A DNA stretch of 64,000 bases from the IMG/VR virus record IMGVR_UViG_3300021376_000006; one strand, written 5' to 3'. The translations under genes and the position numbers were made by a program. A model generated the notes under the pieces. It was not told the origin of the DNA, did no database searches, and saw nothing but the letters and a program-made list of their open reading frames with translations. Each line of letters starts with the position of its first letter. Within the stretch, counting starts at the first letter, position 1. Source of the DNA: a virus. Taxonomy: Duplodnaviria > Caudoviricetes. Shown in pieces: positions 49,632 to 59,100 of this stretch.

Positions 49632-51197
49632 TTAGATCATTATAAAAGGCATAGGTGCTATGTAGTCATCTGTGTTATCGCGAAGTTTTTCATCTAGATC
49701 TGCGTCATAGCTTTGTAAGGCTTGTATTATCCTTAAACTAAGCAGCGTAGCAGAGACTAAATCATCCGTTTCTCCTATTTTGGCTGCAAATCCTGCGCCG
49801 CTAGCAACAAATGTTTTCAATTCGCTGATCAAGTTTTTACTGCAAATAATCATTTTGCGATTTTCAATGAGATTTTTAAATTTAGCACACACTGCTAGTT
49901 TGCTTTTGTTTGTGGTAGTAAAACCTTTTCTGTGTAGTCTTGCTTGACCGGGTTTTATGGGCTGGCTTAAGAATGTTCCTTTTATATTTTCTTCGCCAAA
50001 TTCCGCTATAACAATTAGTGCTGCTTCTCCTAATGTATTGTTTTCTACACTGTAATAAATGTCATTTTGCGTACCAATTGTGTCATGTATATACTCGCAA
50101 ATTTCTTTAAGGATTGTGATTTGTCTTTGTATAGGTGTACGGTTGTGTTGCCATTCTGCTACTTGAATCATGGTAGGAAGTTCAATTACTTGTATAGCAG
50201 CGGGGTCTCCACCTGTTCCCAAACTAGGATCTAATCCAATAACATAAGTGCGATTTGGTTGCGGTCGTTGATACCAACGAACTTGTCCTTGGCATTCAAT
50301 TGGATCTCTACCTTCTAGCTCTGATAATGCAATGCTGTTTATTAAAGTTTCATCGTAAATTAAAAATTCACAGCCGTGCTCGCGTCTAAAGCGTTCTTCA
50401 CCAATACGACCAATTTCTTCTGACTTCCATTTTTCATCACGGTCCGGATGTTCCCACCAACTGGACTGATATGCTCGAAATCCGTTAATACCTAGTGGTG
50501 TAGGATTTCCAAATTCATCCACACACCTGTTTGCCTGTTTCCATATAAATGCAAATTGGTCTTCATCTGAATTTGGAGTGCTGGTTATTATAGCTTTACC
50601 ACCTGTGCTTAGTGTAGGTGAAATACTTGTCCAAAATTCTTTTGCAATAGTGGGTCTAACAAACGCAAATTCGTCACAGTAAAGTAGTGTTATACTCATA
50701 CCACGACCAGTAGTTTCCGTAGTGGTTTGACTTACTATTCTTGAACCATTTTCAAAATCAATTGATCCTTTGTTATAACTGGTAACTCCGGCTCTTATCC
50801 AGTTAGGACACAACTCATAGGCATATCTCACACGCTGCATGATTTCCTGTGCGCCTTGATATTTGTGTGCTGCGATTAGTATTGTTGAATCTGGACGGAA
50901 CATGGCAAACCATAGTAAATAACCTGCTGCCGATGTTGTCTTACCAGTTTGTCGAGGCATCAACGAAACACTAAATCTATTGTTATGATAAGTATCTATA
51001 AGTTTCCGTTGATACTCAAAAGGTTGATATAGCATTTTTCCCCGTACCGGGTGCTGAATGTAGAAATAATTGCTTATAAAATACTCAGGTCCTGTGTCAG
51101 GATCTGCACACCGCATAAACTCTACAATTTGCTCTTCAGAAAAGTTGACCTTTTGATACGGCGACTTTATAATACTAGCTGTATCATTGTTTTTCAT
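49632..51197 (-). CDS. terL: Terminase large subunit (gp17-like)
   Basis: PRQTGKTT, GRG, LLYCDEFAF, TSTPN, GLDPS, VENN, DDLV. Confidence 0.95.
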   Translation of the reverse strand: MKNNDTASIIKSPYQKVNFSEEQIVEFMRCADPDTGPEYFISNYFYIQHPVRGKMLYQPFEYQRKLIDTYHNNRFSVSLMPRQTGKTTSAAGYLLWFAMFRPDSTILIAAHKYQGAQEIMQRVRYAYELCPNWIRAGVTSYNKGSIDFENGSRIVSQTTTETTGRGMSITLLYCDEFAFVRPTIAKEFWTSISPTLSTGGKAIITSTPNSDEDQFAFIWKQANRCVDEFGNPTPLGINGFRAYQSSWWEHPDRDEKWKSEEIGRIGEERFRREHGCEFLIYDETLINSIALSELEGRDPIECQGQVRWYQRPQPNRTYVIGLDPSLGTGGDPAAIQVIELPTMIQVAEWQHNRTPIQRQITILKEICEYIHDTIGTQNDIYYSVENNTLGEAALIVIAEFGEENIKGTFLSQPIKPGQARLHRKGFTTTNKSKLAVCAKFKNLIENRKMIICSKNLISELKTFVASGAGFAAKIGETDDLVSATLLSLRIIQALQSYDADLDEKLRDNTDDYIAPMPFIMI

Positions 51198-51207
51198 ATT
51201 AATACTT

Positions 51208-51738
51208 ATGAGTCATACTTTACTTTTAAACAAAGATTACACACCAATCAGCGTACTACCGCTAAGTGTTATCCACTGGCAGCATGCTGTCAAATTGATG
51301 TATTTAGGTAGAATACAGGTAATTGAAACATATCCAAATTGGATTGTGCATAGCGAAAAATTAGCATTAAATGTGCCTAGTGTTGCCATTACACTTGAAT
51401 ATTTTAATTTCAAACGTAGAGTTAATTTTACTCGTTACAACATGTACCTACGTGATTTGTATCAATGCCAATACTGTTTAGATACATTTGATTTTGATCA
51501 ATTGACGATTGACCATGTGGTTCCTATTAGTCGTGGCGGAAAAACTGAATGGACAAATTGTGTGACGTGCTGCAAATCATGTAACTGGCACAAAGCAGAC
51601 AAACACAATGTAAAACCTCTTCGAAAACCATATAAGCCAGACTATTATGCGTTGGCCGCTGCTTGGAAGCATAGTCCGTTTAGAGTTAGAGATCCCAAAT
51701 GGAATCAATATTTAGGTAAAAATGCGGATGTGGCTTAA
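51208..51738 (+). CDS. HNH endonuclease (McrA-like)
   Basis: CQYC, TIDHVVPISRGG, NCVTCCKSCN; start refined to MSHTL. Confidence 0.9.
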   Translation: MSHTLLLNKDYTPISVLPLSVIHWQHAVKLMYLGRIQVIETYPNWIVHSEKLALNVPSVAITLEYFNFKRRVNFTRYNMYLRDLYQCQYCLDTFDFDQLTIDHVVPISRGGKTEWTNCVTCCKSCNWHKADKHNVKPLRKPYKPDYYALAAAWKHSPFRVRDPKWNQYLGKNADVA

Positions 51739-51944
51739 ATGGGCTGTTCGCCTGTGAGATATGGACGGGCAAACCAAAGTCGAAACCACTCTTCTGTACC
51801 GGGGCGAATATTATGTTTTTTCATAAGTTCGCCTTTTTCATTTCCGGTTACACTTATGTTACTACCAGCAAAGCCCCGGTATTCTTGCATCACTGCACGA
51901 TTACCAATGCCAGCTAATACTCTTAATTGCTCTATGTCATTCAT
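51735..51944 (-). CDS. Small hypothetical protein
   Basis: MNDIEQLRVLAGI; I.PGTEEWF.LWF motif. Confidence 0.7.
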   Translation of the reverse strand: MNDIEQLRVLAGIGNRAVMQEYRGFAGSNISVTGNEKGELMKKHNIRPGTEEWFRLWFARPYLTGEQPI

Positions 51945-52104
51945 TGATTTCTTTAGCTAAACAATAGGCTTTAATTTTATCTTCCCTGTGGGTTGTAAGA
52001 ACCTTGATTACTTCTTCGCAGGCACCTAGAGTTGGATATGTGTTCCAAGCACGCCATACACCATCATCAACCACTAATACCATCACAACATAAACCCATT
52101 TCAT
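51937..52104 (-). CDS. 55-aa protein with hydrophobic N-terminus, not in the supplied track
   Basis: MKWVYVVMVLVV...; stop overlaps next start. Confidence 0.5.
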   Translation of the reverse strand: MKWVYVVMVLVVDDGVWRAWNTYPTLGACEEVIKVLTTHREDKIKAYCLAKEINE

Positions 52105-52156
52105 TAGTGTTCGCCATACGGTATTACAGGGCGATCGTCATCCGGTGTGTCTGGTC

Positions 52157-52591
52157 CTAGTTGCACCATGACTGTTTGGCATCTCCGTAGTATTCTCTAG
52201 CAAAACCATTTGCAATCAACATAGCTCGCAAACTTTGTCCGTCCAGAATCATGTCACCCAGTACACGCCCACCAAATTTGTCCCAACCGTATAATACCAC
52301 TTGATGTTTAACACTTTTTGCCACTGCGTTTTTAGTAAATGCGCTGGCAGCTTGACCACGCTGATCTTCGCTAGCACATTGAGCTCTATGCCCTTTTTCT
52401 GGAGTATCTACGCCGTACACTCTAATTGCCAATTCGGGCTTTAACGGCTGTGGTAAAAATGGTGCTGCAATAACCACCGTGTCGCCATCGCTGACTCTAA
52501 CAACTTGTGCATCATACATGACACCTTTAGGAGCCTTTTGTGCTAGAACTAATCCTGGCACTAATACTAGCATTGCTAATAATTTTTTCAT
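52157..52591 (-). CDS. Thermonuclease (SNase-like) with signal peptide
   Basis: VSDGDT, IRVYGVDTPE, DKFGGRVL; MKKLLAMLVLVPGLVLA signal. Confidence 0.88.
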   Translation of the reverse strand: MKKLLAMLVLVPGLVLAQKAPKGVMYDAQVVRVSDGDTVVIAAPFLPQPLKPELAIRVYGVDTPEKGHRAQCASEDQRGQAASAFTKNAVAKSVKHQVVLYGWDKFGGRVLGDMILDGQSLRAMLIANGFAREYYGDAKQSWCN

Positions 52592-52601
52592 TGAATTTCC
52601 T

Positions 52602-53033
52602 TTATGATTTTGTATAAGTTGTTTGTGTGTTTTGACCAGGTTGAATATTTTTACCTGCTCCACCAAATCCTACACCTTTGTCAATTCGTAAATTGTGTGT
52701 TTGACCGGCAGTGTCTGTTTGTGCTGCACGAAGCTGGCTTGTAGGTGCCATTTGTCCTTTGTAACCTGTTTGTGTTTGTGTTACTCCAACTGTGGAACCA
52801 GGAGCAACTTTGTAATCAGCTGCAACTGAAGTTGCACCTTTGGTCACATCGGTAGTTGCTTGCAGATTAAGATCTCCAATTTGGCTTTTTGCTGCAATAG
52901 TTTTTGCGTTAGGGTCAGCAGTTACAGTAGTGTTATCGCCAACATTTAGTGTCGCCGGTTGATTGACGCCGGCTGGCAGTGGTTGTTCATCAAGAATATC
53001 TAAATAGCGTCTAAAAAATCTTGGGTCTGTCAT
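52602..53033 (-). CDS. Hypothetical, probable internal head protein
   Basis: N-terminus FFRRYLDILDE. Confidence 0.5.
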   Translation of the reverse strand: MTDPRFFRRYLDILDEQPLPAGVNQPATLNVGDNTTVTADPNAKTIAAKSQIGDLNLQATTDVTKGATSVAADYKVAPGSTVGVTQTQTGYKGQMAPTSQLRAAQTDTAGQTHNLRIDKGVGFGGAGKNIQPGQNTQTTYTKS

Positions 53034-54298
53034 TACCAACTCCTACACGACCAATAACGTGCTTTCCATCTTGGACCTGGATTGGCACAGTTGTGTCTGG
53101 CTCTAAAACTTTTACGGCGTGCGGGATTTGACTTTTTAATTGTCATGTTGGGATCACCAAACTCAACTTTGACCACATTGCCATTTGGCTTTCTCACATA
53201 CACTTTACTTTTTTTAACATCCCCGGCCATTTTCTTGCCCAAGGGAACTTCACGACCGCGATATTTGGCTTCATTGGTTGGCGCTGTGGTTGATTTGTTA
53301 AGAAGATCCCACTGAGCATTGGCTGGAAGATTTGGGTTGTATTTGGGGTTCTTGCCGACTTCTACCGCTTGTGCATGACTCATACGCTGATAACCTTTGT
53401 CATCAAAATGCGTGCTGTATTGTGCGTTTGCTGACAGATTTGGATCATAATTTGGATGCTTTTGCACCTTGGCAGCTCCAGCCGGACTGAGTTGTAAGTG
53501 ACCGCGGTTATCTACATCGCCGGTAAAATCATTTTCGTCCAAGGGTTCATCAGGCAGTTCAGCCAGCATTCGGATAACTTCGCGAGTCCAGGCTGACACA
53601 TCACTGCTGCCAATTTCTTCAACATCGCCCACGGTGTCTGCCAATTCGTCTACCGCCTGCATCACATGCTCAGGACCATGAGTAGCCAACACACCAGGAT
53701 GTTGCATCATGATGCGATGTAATACAGCACTGGCTACTGGATTTTTATAATCTTCGTTTACAGATGGCTTTGGTCCAAACCCCTGTCTTCGCAATTCTTC
53801 TTGCTCAATGGGAGACATCTCACTCCATTTTTTTCCTTTGAGTTGGCCAGTCTGAGCTCTTCTAGAAACATCGTCCGCATATTTTTCTAATGAATTGGTT
53901 GTAGCTGCTTGTCCAGATTTACTAGCACTAATAGCAGCATCTAACTCGTCAAATGCGCTACGTGCTCTTGGGTCCGATATGCCTTGTTGTTCTTCTAAAT
54001 CCGTATCTGCTGAATGCTGAAACTTGAATTCTTTATAAACATCTTTACGCCCACTTAGTGGACTGGTACTTTCTTGAGCAGGGGGCATGTTTGAATGTTC
54101 TATTAAATATCCAACATGCATCAAAATTCTCATCATTGTTTCGTCTGCTTCAATTACAATCCCATCTTCTACGATGTCTACAACAGTTGTTTCTAGTACA
54201 ATTTCTTCTCTGGCAATTTCAATATCAAATCCATCACCAACAGCAGGATTTTCTGCTAGGTGTTCAGATTCTTGCAAGTAGTGTTTAAATGTTTTCAT
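53033..54298 (-). CDS. Probable internal head protein with basic C-terminal RKSFRARHNC...YWSC domain
   Basis: N-terminus MKTFKHYLQE resembles the T4 capsid-targeting sequence. Confidence 0.6.
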   Translation of the reverse strand: MKTFKHYLQESEHLAENPAVGDGFDIEIAREEIVLETTVVDIVEDGIVIEADETMMRILMHVGYLIEHSNMPPAQESTSPLSGRKDVYKEFKFQHSADTDLEEQQGISDPRARSAFDELDAAISASKSGQAATTNSLEKYADDVSRRAQTGQLKGKKWSEMSPIEQEELRRQGFGPKPSVNEDYKNPVASAVLHRIMMQHPGVLATHGPEHVMQAVDELADTVGDVEEIGSSDVSAWTREVIRMLAELPDEPLDENDFTGDVDNRGHLQLSPAGAAKVQKHPNYDPNLSANAQYSTHFDDKGYQRMSHAQAVEVGKNPKYNPNLPANAQWDLLNKSTTAPTNEAKYRGREVPLGKKMAGDVKKSKVYVRKPNGNVVKVEFGDPNMTIKKSNPARRKSFRARHNCANPGPRWKARYWSCRSW

Positions 54299-54320
54299 TG
54301 GTTGCCAACTTTCTTTATTT

Positions 54321-56153
54321 TTACATTCCGGGTTTCAGTGGATTCATAATAAAATCCTTAATACCTTGCACAATACTCTTGTTGGGGTTGTTGGTAGGAT
54401 TCAGTTTTTGCTGTGGCGTCAGTGCATCTTGTCCCACTGGGTAAGGATTGGGCTGATTACCGCTTTGCTCGTCAACACCTTTCTCGCCTCTGTGCCATTC
54501 TACTTTTTCTCCATGGTTTTTAATTGTAGCACCAGTCACATCATCTGGTGCTAATGGATCTGCAGCATAGTATTCTGTTTCTTTGCCGGGCTCCATTCTT
54601 GCACCAACTCGGCCTGTGCGAGGTGATGTAATATCATACCCACTCAAATCTGATCCTGTTTCAGGATCAATTGATTTTGGAGTAAACAGTAGTTTAGCAG
54701 GAGTATCATCATCGCGAATCAAAATGCTTTCAAGAATGTCATTTAGATCACTATCTAACATGCTCTCAGCCATTGGGTTATCACCGGGATATTCTTTTTT
54801 GTACTGACGCTTTTCACGGTTAAGATCTGCACCTTGGCGCAGGATACTGTCCACAGTCTGATATTTTTCATCAGGTGTGTTGGAATGGCGTGTAATCCGC
54901 TTTTTCTTTGCTTCATCAATGGCATCTATTTGTTCAAAATCGCCCAAGCCTCCTAATACATTACCATCGTCGGGTACAGGAGTTTCTTCTTTTTCCATCA
55001 TTTTTTCGTCTGTATCAATCATGGCCACTGCTGGACGACTAGATCCACCCATACCTGCCAGTTTCAACATTTGCATAAGTGCTTCAGCTTGATCACCTTC
55101 TGCAGAAACAGTAACATTCTTTGTGCCGTCGCTGCTCATGTTTGTACTCACGTTTATTGAATCTTTGTCGTGACTCATTGACATCTCACCGCATTCTTCT
55201 AGGTCTTGTTCTTTTACTTCACTCTTTCTTGGACCAAAAGGTTTACGAGGATCTGCTGGTGTATATTTGTCCGGAGGCATACCTAGGCCGGTCATGTATA
55301 AGTCTTTGTAAGCTTCGGCACCTTTAGTAAAAAAATCTTTAACTGTGTCTGCACCGCTTTGCATTTTATCAGCAGTTGATTCTTTGCTGTATAAGGCTGG
55401 TGCACCAGGACCGTCTTCTTCAAGTCCTGCCAATGCTGCTAGTTCATTTAATGCATCATCTTCGTACACCATGTTGGCTTCGCCCATTAACTTGTTCTTG
55501 CTGTGACGATGCAGTTCCATGGCATCGCGCAGCTTGTCGCCCATGTGTCCGGTCATTTTAAATTCAGTTATCTCGTCATGCAGTTCCGTGAGCATTTCTT
55601 CCAGAGTCTGCTCAGTTTCACGCATCATTTCAACAAAGTTGACACCTTCGCTGACCTTTTGCGGCAGTCCTTTGTGCTTGGTATTAGCAAAATCTTTTGC
55701 GTCTTTTTTGCCCATAGTCTTGGCCACTTTTTTCAGTTCAGGACTGGCACCTTTGACCTTTTCGCCTTTTTGCATGGCATGCACCATGCCCATGAATTTT
55801 TGCTGTTGCTTGCTTACTGCTTTTTCGTTTAACTGTAATCCGCTCAATCTCATCATTTCAGCCAAATCAGCATCTGCAGTTTCTTGCATGCTTTCTTCAA
55901 AATCTTTTGTGGGATCGTTTACCATTTTGGATCCTGTGCCAGGGATAGCTGCACTGGTGTCCGGCACTTGGGCGGTGGCATCAACAGGTCCGCCCACATA
56001 TGCAGATGCACTGCCTGGGCGCACTGTTTTTCCTGCATTAGGAGTAGCCGCTCCAGTTGATCCTTGAACTGGTTTAGCAGTCGAAGGCAAAGCTGTTGAT
56101 GTAACAGGCATGGGTGCTGCTTCAAAAAGGTCTAGGTATTTTTTCATTGTCAT
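54321..56153 (-). CDS. Probable internal head / scaffold-like protein
   Basis: Acidic low-complexity sequence, many Glu sites, AVSKQQQKFMGMV motif, three LxxLAG-type motifs. Confidence 0.55.
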   Translation of the reverse strand: MTMKKYLDLFEAAPMPVTSTALPSTAKPVQGSTGAATPNAGKTVRPGSASAYVGGPVDATAQVPDTSAAIPGTGSKMVNDPTKDFEESMQETADADLAEMMRLSGLQLNEKAVSKQQQKFMGMVHAMQKGEKVKGASPELKKVAKTMGKKDAKDFANTKHKGLPQKVSEGVNFVEMMRETEQTLEEMLTELHDEITEFKMTGHMGDKLRDAMELHRHSKNKLMGEANMVYEDDALNELAALAGLEEDGPGAPALYSKESTADKMQSGADTVKDFFTKGAEAYKDLYMTGLGMPPDKYTPADPRKPFGPRKSEVKEQDLEECGEMSMSHDKDSINVSTNMSSDGTKNVTVSAEGDQAEALMQMLKLAGMGGSSRPAVAMIDTDEKMMEKEETPVPDDGNVLGGLGDFEQIDAIDEAKKKRITRHSNTPDEKYQTVDSILRQGADLNREKRQYKKEYPGDNPMAESMLDSDLNDILESILIRDDDTPAKLLFTPKSIDPETGSDLSGYDITSPRTGRVGARMEPGKETEYYAADPLAPDDVTGATIKNHGEKVEWHRGEKGVDEQSGNQPNPYPVGQDALTPQQKLNPTNNPNKSIVQGIKDFIMNPLKPGM

Positions 56154-59100
56154 TTCGTTCTTCCGGCTAATCTTAAAATATCATGCAATTCAGCAAGTGT
56201 TTGTTTATTTATGGATTCTTTTAATTCGGCATCTTTGTCAACTGACTGTCGAATAATACGCTCGATTGGGTCTTCATCGCTGCCATCAGTTGTACTATAT
56301 TCAGGATTGGCATTTGTTGAAGCAGATTGACGAATAATACGCTCAATTGGATCTTCGTCACTGTCATCAGTATCGTTAATACCAAGATTTCGAAACAGTT
56401 GTTCCTTGGCCAATTCTTTGTCACTTGCAGTAAATAGCGCGCCTGATGCGGCGTTGTCTTTGTTGCTAGTGTCTTGTTCACGTTTAAAGTCCTTTAATGC
56501 TGTTTGAATTTCACTGGGCTTGGGTGGTTCCAGTTCAGGTTTTGAAGTTGTGAATCTATCTGTGGCACTGGTGCTTGTTACTGCAGGTAAATCAATCAAT
56601 TCTTCACCTTGTCCCAGTGACGGACTTGCAGAAACAGCGGAAGGAGCAGACGTTTTCATTTTTCGTGCTATTCGATCTAGCGTGTCGCCGGCTTTGATAG
56701 TATAGTCTTGACCATTTACTTTGATTGTGTCGCCTGCACGAATACGATTTACATCTTTTATTATGTCAGGATTTTGTTGCATTATCGCTTGAGCGCCTGC
56801 ACTGCCTTTATATGCGGTCTTTAATCCAGCTTGGTCTTTTTGTAACAGTGATGATACATCTTTATCAACTGATTTTTCTGCTGCTTTTTTCTCTCGAGCC
56901 AGTCTAGCTTCACGTTCGCGACTGTATTGATCGCCGGAGGCAATTTGTCGCTTTTCCATGTAGTCAGAGTATTCTTCCCATCCTTTTGGATCTAATTCTG
57001 GATCAAGCGAAGGTGGCTGCATAGGCAGATTTTTTTGTCTAGCTAGTTCTCTTTTTTCTCTTTCTCTCTTGAGTGTTTTGTCCTCAGTGCCTTGTAGGCC
57101 TGTACCAGATGTTGTTGTGGCTGTTGCTTTTTTAGGTGCTTGGTCTGTGCTGGGTGCCACAGCAGGCTGGTCAGGATATTCACTCGTGCCCGAGACCGAT
57201 TGTACAGTTCGAGGCTGTGCTTTTTTCTCTTGTTCTTTGCGTTTTTGTTCTCGTTTTTCAATTTCAGCTTTACGAGCTTGAATACGCTCTCTGGCCTGAG
57301 GAATTCCGTACAGTTTTTCAACCCAACTTGGCTCTGAATCTTTGGTCACTTGCTTGTCTTTGGACTGTTGTTTATCTTGAGTTGTGACTTGTGCCGAAGG
57401 TTGTGCAACTGGTTTCTTTTTATCCCCGAACACCTGACTTACAAGTTCTCCGCTGGCAACTCTTCCCAATTTGTCAACAAAGGTTTCTGGTTCTGTTTTT
57501 TTAGCGACAGGGGCTGCTGGCGGTTGATTTTTGGTGGTTTTGGTTGCTGTGGCTGAGCCAATGGGCAACATTAGGGTGATGTTGTTTGCTATACGCTGAT
57601 ATTCTTTGCGGTCAAGATGCAGATTCATTGGATCTTTTTTTGATGCTTGTCCTAGATCCATTATTGGAGCCAGGGTTTGATTGTTGATCATGGCCTGACG
57701 CAGTGCTTCACGTGTCTGTTGAGTTCTAGGATTGTCAGTGCTGGTAGGCAGCAAATGTATTACCTGCAATTCTCTGGCCTGGGCAGCAGCAATCAATTTG
57801 TTCAACTGATTGGCAATCACTTCAGGCTTGGCTGAATTAATGTCATTGCCACCACCGCTGATGGCTACCACACTGCCTTTTGGAATACGTTCTATGTTGG
57901 CCAAATGTGTTTCAAATTGTTTTGGGTCAAGAATACTGGCACCAGTGCGAGCAAATGTTCGATTCCAGTCTTTGCCTCCATAACCGGCCACACCCACCGC
58001 TTGACTGTCGCCAACTGCATAATATCCTGGTTTAAGTTCTGCTTTGGCTGCTGGCTGTTTGGTCACAGCAGATTTGTCAGCTTGAGCCACTTGTGTTGGG
58101 GTGTCTTCAATGCCATAGTCTTTTTTAATAGCAGCTAGATTGGCATCAACCCACTTCCAAGAGCGTGGTCCGTATCCTTGTACAACATCTGATGCGGGTA
58201 AACTGGTCCATTGGCTTTTGGTTTGTTTTATTGCCTTTTCAAAATTACCATCTAAAACACTGTTCAATGCACCTCGGTCAGCCAACATGGCCACTGCAAT
58301 TTTGTCTTGAGATTCCGGACTGAAATCAGTAAGACCCAATCTCTTGGAGTATGGTTCCCAATTGCGGCCCATAATTTGGTATCTTCCAGCGGCATCGCTA
58401 GTGATTGTTTGGTCTTTTGATTTTATTTTAACTACGGTTTTAGGATGTGAGCTGAAATCTTTAAACCTGCCACCACCGACTAGAGTATCATAATTGGTAT
58501 TGCCTTCGGCTCGCGAAATCAGATCAAGCATGACACGCACATTAGGATTGCGTATTAATGCGTCATAGTCTAGTTGTTGTTTTTCTTGCAATTGCAACTG
58601 ATCAATCGCTTCGTTTTTTTGATTTTTTTTTGATGTCTCGGGTGGTAATGTAGAGCCTGGTGTGGGTTCGGTTATCCAATTTTGAAATTCTTCTCCGGCT
58701 TGTTGAGTTGTAACATCAATTGGATTGGTAATTGCTTGGACAGGGTCTTTTTGAAATTGTTTATACCACATTTGTGGTACTCCTGACTTGTAGGCCAAGT
58801 ATGGCAAACCAACTGCGGCTCCACCTATTAGGGCTTTTGTACCCAAACTCATCTTTTCTGGTGCCAGGCCTTTAATCAATGCAAGACGTTCTAACTCATC
58901 TTTGCTTAGACTTTGTAAATATTTTTCCTGACTTTGTAAAAAAGGCTTTTTAGGTATAGGTTGAGTTGATGTTGTTGCAGCTGGTGCCTCAGGTTCTGCC
59001 TTTACGGTTGGCTTTACGGTTGGTTCAGGCTGTTTAGGTGCCACAGATGTGGTTTTTGGTTTTCCTGCCGCAGTTATTTCGCCAGTATAATACTGCCCAG

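Noticed and set aside
42383-51197. Possible inteins or introns in recA and terL
   Set aside because: Both are normal length with contiguous motifs
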